This document shows positions 14,697 through 26,600 of a DNA stretch of 64,000 nucleotides, piece after piece (the stretch's first letter is position 1; each line of letters opens with the position of its first letter). This DNA comes from Octopus bimaculoides (taxonomy: Eukaryota): NCBI RefSeq assembly GCF_001194135.2, contig NC_068993.1:61459896-61523895 (forward strand), in the 5' to 3' direction. Position numbers and translations under genes: made by a program. The notes beneath the pieces are model-generated. The model had not been told where the DNA came from, ran no database searches, and saw only the letters and a program-made list of their open reading frames with translations.

Positions 14697-17600
14697 CTGT
14701 GTTTGTCCCCCTACCATTGCTTGACAACCAAAGTTGGTGTGTTTATGTCCCTGTAACTTAGCGGTCCAGCAAAAGAGACCAATAGAATAAGTACTAAGCT
14801 TACAAAGAATAAGTCCTGGGGTCGATTTGTTCAACTAAAGGCAGTGCTCCAGCATGGCCACAGTCAAATGACTGAGACAAGGAAAAGAGTAAAAGAATGA
14901 AATATTTTGTGTATTGTAGAAGTAAAACCGATTTATTGCAGATAAACTTTAGCAACGAAATCATATATGATTCTTCAAGGGCCATATAGGCCCTGGTTGA
15001 GAAGCACTGATATAAAGTGTTTGGAAGGGATCTGTAGTTTGAAAGGGATCTGTGGTTTGAAGGTATTTGAAAGGGATCTGTGGTTTGGGGATTAGGTTGT
15101 GAGAGTTGAAGACAGACAAATATGTAGACAGAAAGAAAGATAGGCAGGCAGCAGCTAGGAAGAGAGAAACAAACTATTATGTGCAAATATACTTAGTGTG
15201 GTTGTGAAGATTGTTTAGGGATAAAACCCTTGTTAATTAAACTGTGGAATCAGGGACAAGCCTCTTTTGATGTTCTTCAGGTTTGGTAGAAATGTCACGT
15301 ACTCTCTACTTCAAATCCCAAAGAATTTACTCAGTGAGACCACATGTTTACATAGACTTAACAAATCACACTCCAAATATTTAGTGGTGAAAATTATGAT
15401 GGGTCCAGGTCAATTGTAACAGAGAAGGAAAGGGTGGGAAGGAGAGACAGAAAGAGGAGGAAGGTGGGAGATTCTCTATTTCACATTGTTTCAGTCCATT
15501 CAGCTGGCAAAAATGAGTTGTACCTGTAATTCAATGGGTCAGCCTTGTCATATTCTATGTCATGTTGAATTTCCCTGAGTACTATGTTAAGGGCATGCGT
15601 GTCTGTGGAGTGCTCAGCCACTTGTATGTTTATTTCATGAGCAGACTATTCCATTGATTGGATCTGCTGGAACCCTCGTCATTGTCACCAACAGTGCCAG
15701 TTTTTTTTTATATCTGTGTGTGTGTGTGTGTGTGTTTTGCTGATGTGTGTCAATGAAGGATGTAAGTATTGGTGAGATAAAAAAGCCAATAAACTGGTAC
15801 TTTGGCACCAAAATAACCTGTGGTAGCCACTCATCCAAAGGTGGCCATACAGTTAACCAGTGACCTTCACATGGGATACCTCTGTCTAATGAGTCTATGG
15901 TTCATAAAATGTGATCTAAAATTAATACAAATAATATAAAGTGAAACAGTCCAGTGGATTAATTCTTTTTCTTCCTAAAACATTGACTCTTTTTTTATAC
16001 CTGTTTGGTTGGAAGAAATCACCACTGCCAAATTGAAAATCATATTGATAAACTAGACTGTGACATGTAACATATGGATCACAAGTTGAATTCCTGATTC
16101 TAGCATTTTCCAGAAGAGAGAAAAATTTATGTTTGTCTAAAACTTTACTTCTAATTAAGCCTTTCAATGCTAGTTTGTCTGCAACTACTGCCAATTCTTA
16201 ACACATATTTTAAAAATAGAAACCTCCCATTCTAATTTTACGCAAGCATCTTTCTGTTAAGTTGTGTTGTTCCAAATTAACTTTCATCATCATCACCACC
16301 AATGCCATCAGTTTACAGCCGATGCCTCTTCCTGTCATGGTTGAAATTTGGTATTTTCTGTGTCTTTCAGAATCTAGATGAAGCCATCAAAGAGATTGCC
16401 TCCAATTTGACCAAACAACTCAGTGACTACCAGAACCGAATCCATTCGGCTGATGCTAATAAGTTAGAACTACAGATCACTACGCAGTACGTATGCACTT
16501 GCCTTTCAATCAAACACTTGAGATCCACATCAACCCTGAGCAAACAGATTTTCCAGCCAGGAACATCTTGCTTTTTATTCAGACATAGTGTATCTAGGAT
16601 ACTATTATCCAGAGTGCCTTTTTCAAGGCTGTAGGGTGTGGTTTGAGGGAAATTTATTTATAATGATGACATAAACAGCCATCTTACACAAGAAAAAATA
16701 ATTGCACATCCACACCTGTAAATGATGGGAATATCTGGAAGTCTAACATTTCTTTGGAGGAAGTCATCTCTAGACTCTTCCCCCTCACTGTTATGTTTTT
16801 AGTTGTACTCTTTCTCTGTACTCTTTATTCTTGGTTTCTCATTGTTTTTATGTTATTCTTTATCCACAGAGAGAAGGTTTTTAATTTGATTGTGGTTTTC
16901 TTGACGCCAGAAAAACGACTGTCTTGGGAAACAGTGTTTTTGGATGCCAAACATAAACTATGTAAGTCTGCTGACAAATTTTTTCTCTTACACACACATT
17001 TTGTTAATAAAAATACACATACTCATATTTTGAGTGCTATTTTTTCCTCTTTGCATCACCATACCTGCATATATAAATTTATCTATATTTGTGGCAGTTC
17101 TTTATTTTTGTTTCTTGTTGATTTTTTTTTAATGTTTTATATTAATTTTGTAATTGTATTATTTTTGTATATTTCTTTCCTCTGCAGCTTTGCTATCAGA
17201 TAAGCGAGCACCAGAGTTTTTGCTTCCGTTACAAATCACCAAAACTAGGGCTGGAATGCAGGTGAGCTCCTTAAACTCTAATAATCTATTTCTGCTCTGA
17301 ATCTCTTCTTCTTTGCTCAGAACAGTTGACGCCTCTCACTTGCAGTGCTTTTTCTTCTTGATAAAGTCTTAAAGAAGAGAAGAAATAATTTTTACTTTTC
17401 CAATCTCCAATTCCTAATTTCATCTCGGAGGGGAAGGGTACAAGGAGTGAAAGTGTAATCAATCAAGAGAAGGGTCTAGTCTAGTTGTTTTCTACTAAGG
17501 TCCATATATATAATCCTTGAGGGTCCGCATAAGATTCTGTTGTTAAATTTTATGTATAATGATATATTGGATATATTTTTGTAATTTATAAAATATTATT

Positions 17601-20600
17601 TTAACAAATTTTTTTATACACTTCCTAATAATATCTAATCAGAAAAATACGATGGAATTTCTTTAAACATCAAATGGTTATAAGGGTCCCCCTGAGTAAA
17701 ATAGGGATCAGAAGGGTTCTGCAGGTATGGAAATTAAAAACATTGACCAGATTGTTGTGCAAGCAAATCCAAAGAGCCAGTCTTCAGTGAGATGATGATG
17801 TGATGCTAGGAATGATGATCATGAAGATAGTAATGATGATGATGATGGTGATGACAGTTGCTGTGATGGTAATGATGATGGTATTAGGTGATGATTATAA
17901 TGATGATGCTGGTGAATACAATCATAGTAATGGTGATGATTGTGGAGACTTGGTAAAGATGATACCCTCAGTGATAATGGTAGCGAGGACAATCCTGGTG
18001 AAGATGAGGATGATAGTGATGATAGTGATATTGATGGTCATGGTGATGATGATGATCATAGTAATTTGGAAACGGGACAATCATCATAGTGGTGATGATC
18101 AGAGTAGTGATTGTAGCTGGTACTTATTTGTTTTCTTTGAGAGCAGAAGGAAGACTCGTAGAGTACTGCTAGACGAGTCATAGTATAGAGAGCTGGTCAT
18201 CTAGTGTGATAAAGAGCCTCCAGAGGAGTCATAGAGAGTCACCAGAGGAGTCATAGGGGACTTTTAAATTTGTTATAGCTACTAAAAGAATCAGAGCAGG
18301 CTATGAGAGTTGTCACTAGAGGAGTCATAGAGAGTCACTAAAAGAGTCTTAGCTGTTAGAAGAGTCATTTACTTTCAGAGAAGTATTTTATTAGATCCAT
18401 CATTTGTTGCTCCCTGAATTTGCCAGCTCATTGGCTTTTTTAATATTCCAATACAAGCCAAGGTAAAATGTGTTTTATTTCTCGTTTGACTTCTTTTATT
18501 AATTCTAACCATTCTTCTTCTTTCTTGCTTCCTTTGATAAACTGAATCTTCTTTTCTTTTCCGCCCCCTTCTCCACCCCCGCCACCCAACTTGCAGTTTT
18601 CCTGCGCAGCCTCTATCGATGGAGTCAATGCTAATGGTTATCGTGAAGTTTGGGTTTGCAACAGTGATGGCTACGTAGGTCACATGTGCCTCCTGAGCCT
18701 CCAACCGGAGCCAATCGTAACACTGAACACACCTGTACCTGGGTGTAATGCCAGAATCCTTTGTATATGTGCTGTACCTGCCTACTCAGGTGGCCGACGG
18801 TGAGTCTCTTTTATGTTTATGTATTTGGCCTTTTTTGTTTCGTTTTTTGTTTTCGCTTCTCAGTGTTGTCACAACACCCCTGCCTCTCCCCTAGGACACC
18901 GTTCTTCTGGAAATCCCTTCTCAACCACTCCTGTGTTTTGCCTTTTTCTGTCATTGGTCATCATCATTTAGTGGTCAATTTTCCATCTGGCTCGAGTTGG
19001 ATGCTTTGACAGGATCCAGCAGGTCAGAAGACTGTAGTGTCACAATGCCTATTTTAGCATAGCTTCTACAACTGAGAGAGCCCTTCCTAACATGACCCAC
19101 TTTACAGAGTGTACTGTCTGCTTTTCTATATGACCAACATTAGTGAGGTTGCCAAGGAACTCGCAAGGCAAGAGCCCCTTGATTAAGGGGGGGATGAGGT
19201 ATTAAGGGAGAAGACCTGTGCCAGATGTTGAGAGGCAAGAGTATGATAGAGGGAGAGGATCAAAGGTGTTGCTGAAGGGGGAGATACGTGGCCACCTCAG
19301 CTGGGAAAGAAAAGACAATGATGATGGTGATGAGGTGTCGAGACATACCTCCAGGATGCAAAAGGGTGACTCTATGGATGGATAATGAGTGCTGAAAAAA
19401 TGCTAAAGGTTAAATTTAATTGTATAAATATCACTGATGTCTGAGGTCACTGCCCCCTCCCTCCCAAACATATTTCAAAGATTCTCTGAATGGCATGAGT
19501 ACTGCCCTTTGCACCTCCTTTGGCCTCAGAGGTCATTTGAAGGTCAAGGGCACTGCCTCATCCACCTCCTCTGTCCCTATAACATGTGATGGTCATAGTC
19601 ACTGCCCATCCACCTTTGATCTCAGAGGTCATCTGAAGGTCATGAGTACTTAAGCTTGCAATTCTTCTGACCCTTTAAATACCCATAAGGCTCCCTGTAA
19701 GTAGTGGATGGCTTCTGTTTTGTAGGTAAACTCCTTAGCAGTGGGGAGTGTGTGCTGAAAGCATAGCAGCCAGATTAAAAACTGGGTGGAAAATTTCAGG
19801 GATCTTTTTTACTTCAATTGGTGACAAAGAGATTCTCTTTTCAGGTGAAGGGTAGATTGTATGATGTTTGTGTATGAAGTGTGATTCTGTGTGGGATCAG
19901 GATATGGGCCTTGAATGCTGAAGGTTTGTGAAAACTAGGAAAAAATGAGAGGAACATGCTCTACTAGATGTATAAATGTTATTACGCATGAAGAACTGAG
20001 TATAAGAGGAATCTGATGTAATGTTCCAGAAAGAATATTGTATTGGCATGGGCAAATGATTCATATGGGGGAGTTTGGTAAGGGAAGTGCTAAGTGATCC
20101 AAATGAAAGGAACCTGCAGAAGTGTATGACTTTGGAAGAATTGGTGAAGGTTAATTTCAAGGGGCTGAACTTCACAAAAGAGATGACAAAGGACTGGGGC
20201 AAGTGATTGGACATTGCATTGGAGAAGATATGTCCGAGTCATGCATTGGACGGGCAGAAATAGATGTAAAAATTATAGTCATGATGAATGTGGGTCTGTG
20301 TGGGTTTTTACTCTTAAGAGTTCCATCCATTTTGCTGTGGTCATACATCAGTAGCTTATAAAATTCTTGAAAATTTCAGTTTTCTGTCATGAAAAAGAAT
20401 TTTGAATAAGAAGATATTTGAATATCAAATTGAAATCTTTCAAAATCTGTTAACAGAAGCAGTATGAAGAACCGACGGAATCGTAATGCAGATTGTTCCA
20501 GTAGCAACATGACTAGCATTGACAGGCCTCGAATTAACATCGAATCAGTGGATACTTGCATGGAGAGCATCGGAGAAGATGCTGGATCACCCAGTGAGTC

Positions 20601-23600
20601 AGAGTCGAGTGATGACGATGTTTATTCAATGCCACACCACATGGAGACAACTGAGAAACTGTGTGTTGAAGGTAAGTTCTTCGATTGAAACTATCAGGGA
20701 TAAATTGTTGTTGCTTAAGCCCTGGCCAACCTTGCTTCAACAAATCCAAGCTCAGAATCCATTGCTTCAATTCATTTGTTTGTGGGTCATATATATTATA
20801 TATAAATGGGTTTTTGTTTGTTGACGAGAAATAAATATGTAAATGAGGAAAACAAACCCAAGTCGATGGCTCATGTTATTTATTGGCAAGCTGGAGCAAC
20901 TCCTTCACCCATCACATTTATTTCTAGTTAGCTTATTAACATTGTTGTCAATGCTGCACTTTCCCATATCGCCTGTTTCAACATAACTGCAGTATATTAT
21001 ATACAAACTATGCCATTTTAATCCCGAGCAATGCCAGGTGTCTCTGCTAATAATAATAATAATAATAACACCTAAAAATACCTTAGGAATGAGAACTCAG
21101 GTTCGAAATTTCCCCAAGACACCTGATGAAGGCTGGAGGGTATATCAGCCGAAATGTTGTGTTCACAATATACAAGATGAGGACAAATATCCGTCAAATG
21201 TAAATAATGTAAGTAATGTATACACATGCTTACTTTTGCTTATGACAGCGCATCAAAGATGATGATGGTGTCAATCCAAGACATTCATCCTCTTCTGTTT
21301 CCAGCATATTGTTTCTCGTGGGAGCAGACATGGTTGACAAGACTGATATGGGACAGGCAGATCCTGTGGTGTTGAGGGCACTGAAAGTGACCCCTGAACA
21401 ACAGCTGTAGGGTTTTGATGATGACATCTCCTCCTCCTCTCTTCATGCAGTCTCCAGCATCCAGTTACAAAGTACTTTATTCCAGCATCACAATGAGATG
21501 ATGAGGAAACAAAATTTTTGGACATCCATGTGGCCTACTTTCAGTCTTGATTTCACTGAAAAAGACCATCCATGGGAGCTGGTTACCTGGCATCCGAATC
21601 ACATGGCCATCCCAGTGGAGAAGCACAGCTAAAGCCATAAAGAATAGGGTGTAAATACCGCTTTGAGATCCATTGTTCCAAAACAGAATTATTTCATGTT
21701 TTCTCAAAAGTTTATAAATTCTTATGGTGTTGACAACATATTAATTCTATATTTTTGTTAATTATATATATTTTGTTCTCAATAAAGATGTTTAGTTTGA
21801 GTGACCACCCACTCCTTGTTATTTACCTTAATCCTAATCCTAACAAATTATAAAGAATTATTTGTATTTATTTCCAAAGATGTTGAAAGCTTGAGTATTT
21901 CCACAACATCATCATCAACAACAAGCAATATCCAAGAACAGAATATCTCCGGACGATGGATGCACGATGCATTAAAAAGCACGATGTGGTTGGGCACAGA
22001 AGACGGATGGTAAAGATTTCATTCTTTAAACCGAAGTTTTTAGGGTATATTTTATTATTTTGCATGTCGGATTGAATGGTAGTACACAGTCCTTTCTATA
22101 TCATGATGTCACAGTATCGACCAGACTATCAGATGTTGTTATACACCGCTAGTCACAATCTGCTTTGCATTGTTTTAGCTTTCGAATGATGCCACCCTAC
22201 TGACTAGGGGTGAGCAGGCCAACATCCCCCCACCCCCGATCAGAAAGCTGTTCCATCACAGGGTTACCCATCTACAGCTGTGTGGAATGGAACTGTGAAA
22301 TGAAGTGTTCTACTCAAGAATACAATGCCCTGCCCACTCCAGGAATCGAACCCTTAATCTAGCAATCACGAGTGCGATACCCTAACCACTCGGCGTCATG
22401 CCTTCACCCCTTCCATATACAGTATTTGATAATAACATTGAGTTTGTTATTTATTCTGTTAAGATCAATAGGACAAGAAATAGTTAGTGGGAGACCCTTA
22501 ACCACCCTGGGACAATTCCTATCAAAAGCAGGTCCCTTGATGGTCATTAATTAATCTGGTATTTGGGACATAAATTAGCATGGAATTTCAAAGGAAGATT
22601 TTGATTTAGACCACTTTAAAACAGGAATTTTGTCTCATGGGACCAGGGGTGATCTCAGGGGTGAGTTTGATTTCTGTTAAATTATTCATTAATCTAACCA
22701 TCAACCGTTTATTTCTCTCATCTTCTACAGCATTCACATCTTTCTGTGCACTGATAACATCAAAACAACCAAAAACAAGTTGAAGATCCAACATGTAGCG
22801 CCTGTGTATTGTATAATGTAAGTATGGCTCAACTAATTCATAAAAGCTGCTGGTGTTTCTTAATTTGTTATGTTAAGATAATTTGTTATGACTATGTAGT
22901 TTGTGTGGGGTGGGGGTGGGGTTGCAGTGGAAGAATTCCTTTGGTGACATCCTCAGTATTAATTCTGTGATATTACTAATGTGGACTCTGCAAGCCAAAG
23001 CAGGAATATAAAGAATGGAATGAGAACAGGAATGATTAAGAAAATAAATATAAACTGCAATCAAAGCAGAAAATGACCAAACGAGGCTTTCTCTTTGGTG
23101 ATTTTTGACTCTGTCCCTCTCTCTGTCTACCTGTCTTTCTCTCTGGCTCTCTCTGTCTACCTGTCTGTCTCTCTCTTTGTCTCCTCTCTCTCTTTGTCTC
23201 CTCTCTCTCTTTGTCTCCTCTCTCAGTTGTAATCATAAAATAAAAACTGATCTCCGGTAGAAAGGCCATTCTTGTCCTGGCACACAACTCTCTTTGGTGA
23301 TAACAGGACAAGATATAATGCAGGCCAGTTGATGTTGCAGAGTGGTTGAGAGATAGGAAGGGTATCCAGCTGTACATAATGACGAAGTATCGTAGTTTCT
23401 TCTTCGTTAAGTGTATCATGTGATGAAGGACTGTGGTAGACATGTCCAATACATGCAGGCATAAAGAAAATGTATGCTAACGATGATAAGTCATAATAAT
23501 TAATATATTACCTATTACTTGGTAGTGTTAAGGATACATACAAATGATGCGCATGCACGCATGCGCATGCATGTGTGTAGATGATGTATGTATAAACACC

Positions 23601-26600
23601 TAAATTATACTACGTGTATGTTTAATACAATTCCATGTTGTCTGTTATCCTTCCAGTTACCTTGACAACAAAGTGTTTGTATCTTTGGCCAATGGAGACC
23701 TGATAGTCTACAGACGTGATATTGGTAAGTTCTCTTCCATCATACTTGATCAGTTGTCTTTGGAGGAGTCAACTGGGTGGTGGGGGATGGGTATCATTGT
23801 AACTCAGCCTTCTTTATGGGAAGTCAACTTTGCTTTTCATCGTTTTGGGGGTCAATAAATTAAGTACCAGTTGCATATACCGTGCTTGAGGAGACCTATT
23901 AGGTCAAGTACATCAACAGCAATATCAGAATCAAATGGAAATTGTAGTTGTGACCCCCGTGCTGGTAGCACATAAAAAGCAACATCTGAACATTTCCCCA
24001 GCATGGCTGCTGTTTAATGACAAACAAGTAAAAGACAAAAAGGTAAGAAATTGATTCTGGCAGTTTTTGAAACTTAATTTGTTTCTTTTCAGATGGCCAA
24101 TGGGACACTGAACACCCATACACAAGGACTCTCGGATCAGTGACATCCCCAATCAATAAAATGCATGCTGTTGCTGGCAAGTTATGGTGTGGTTCTCAAA
24201 ACAGCATTTGCATCGTCAACCCTCTGACCTTGAAGATTGAGGTGAGTAATTTTGTGTTACTTATGCTTTAGTCACTTATTATGTATCAAATGTCAAATCA
24301 GCTGGTCAAGAACTGCAGATGGTTTCATTGGTTACAAAGTCCATGAGCGAACCATCCACACAATCGCTCAAGCTCTTAGGTTGTCAAGAAAGTTCTTGCG
24401 GTTTTTAACCTTTAAATTCAGATGCACACATCTTGGCTCAAACAAAACTGCTCCTTTGCCCAGTAACTCTCACCTGTAATTATCATGTAATGTCAAGACA
24501 AAAAAATGTACAAATATACACCCACTCACATATATGTCAGGCTTCACTCAGTTTCCATCTACCAAATCCATGAAACAACCAGTAATATACTAATATCGAT
24601 TCAGTTGGCATGAAAACTCTGAAAAATTTGTGCTTCAGTTTTTTTTTGTCTTTCCAACAAGAAACTGTGTTTCCTAGGGCTAAATAACAGTAGCATTCTT
24701 CCCTTTTATGGGACTGTCACATTAAGTTGACAATGTGCTATCACTTCAATTTTTTTTTCCTCTTCTTTTTCATTATCTTGGAATTATGTCTTCTAGGAAA
24801 TTTGTGTATTTATTGTGTTTTTCATTTATGCTTTTTCTCTTCCAGCATCAGTTCATTGTGAATCCTGACCCTTCACGCTGTGTCCAGTGTATTGTATCCT
24901 CAGGCCAAGGAGTGTGGGTTGCCCCTCAACAAAGCGCCAAAGTAAACCTCTACCATGCAACCACTTATGAATTTCTTCATGAAATCAACGTCACTGCTGC
25001 TGTCACACACAAACTGCAATGTAAGTCATTTATTGTCATCTTCTGCTCCTTACAAACTTTGCTGACAGTTTGCTCCAGCTGGTTGTGGTCATTGTTTGTT
25101 GTTGTTGTGTGGCTAATTAAGTGGCCTCCAGTTAAGTTTCAGAAGTTCAAGGCCCAAAATAGCCTGCTATTACAGCCTTGGAGTGATTCAACAAGAAAGA
25201 TTCCGATTAGTAGCTCAATCAACTAGAAATAGCAGTCAAATTTCAATCCAGTGACACTCTACTGTCTTTAAGAAGGCATAAAATACACATTGATAACTGT
25301 AGTCCTAAATACATGAGAAGAACCCCTTCGGTCATGAATGACCATGGGATTGTACCTAGGAAGTTTCCCTCCAAGGCACAAGTCCGGGCAAGGTTGTTTA
25401 TGGAAGACCACCAGTCCCCCATGCATACCAGCCTCCCCCCTCTCCACACCACTGATGTTATCCAAGGGAAAGGCAAAGGAGCCGATACAGCTTGGCACCA
25501 GTGACGTCGCAACTCATTTCTACAGCTGAGTGAAATGAAGCAATGTGAAATAAAGTATCTTGCTCAAGAACACAATACGCAGCCCGGTCCGGGAATCAAA
25601 CCCACAACCTCACGATCGTAAGCTCGACGCTCTAACCACTGAGCCATGCATATTAAAAAACACATTTTGTTTAAATAAAAGATAGGATGACCATTGCTAA
25701 AATGATTTTGATTGTCGATCTGGTCGGTCAAAGTTGAACTGGAGAGCTGAACAGCAGCAGCCCCAACACTGATGATGTGACCTCTCATTCCCTCACTGTC
25801 TGTAGGCGTATATTTGTGTGTGTGTGAAAACATAATGCTGTGGAAACCAGTTGATTGTCCGACCAGTTGTACCAAATTGCCAGCATCCAAACATTTGCAC
25901 CCAATCACGTCACTGATGAAAACCTGTTATCTCTTCAATTTTATTGCAATGTTAATTGAAGCTGTACCAATAAGACTGATAAGTCAATGAGATCACCATT
26001 GCTGTGGCCATCCTACGGCTATACAATCAGTGTATAATAACACTCCATATTGTATTTCATTCATGTCTTATCTGTATTAAATGTTTGCTTTCTTTCCTCT
26101 TCTTTAGTGGCTGATGACATCATCAGGCAACACAAGACGGCCTGCCTGCGAGTGACTGCTTTGTTAATCTGCAAAGACTTGCTGTGGGTTGGAACCAGTG
26201 CTGGAGTGATTCTCACCATTCCTGTACCTAAAATAACATCCACCACAACACACAGTAACATCAATTGTCCAGCAGTTACAGGTGAAACTTCTTTATTATC
26301 TTGCTCTGCTCTTTTAGCCTTTCATCCTCTCTTTCTCTCCTCTTTTTCCTCTCCATGTTTTTCCCTATCTTCATTTCCATATTAGTAAGTAATATAATAA
26401 TGATTTTATTTATAATAATAATAATAATAATATTGATAATAATAATATGTATGTTTTGCTATTTTCCTTGGTTCTAGGTTTAGTTTATGGTCATACTGGA
26501 CATGTACGATTCTTGACCAGTGTGGAATTACCCAACAGCTCTGGACAAAAAACTGAATCCGTGACAGCTGGCAATAGCTTCGGTTCCAGTAATAACCATC

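Noticed and set aside
14428-16492. Alternative splice sites near exons (cccag| at 14428; gtatgc donor at 16491)
   Set aside because: Either would break the reading frame with the neighbouring exons.
22905-22925. G-run cluster as a G-quadruplex
   Set aside because: Only three full G-tracts.
25560-25650. tRNA-like sequence with A and B boxes (also 11838-11900 and 8449-8535)
   Set aside because: No complete acceptor stem, and it continues into a multi-copy SINE body, so it is a SINE head rather than a tRNA gene.
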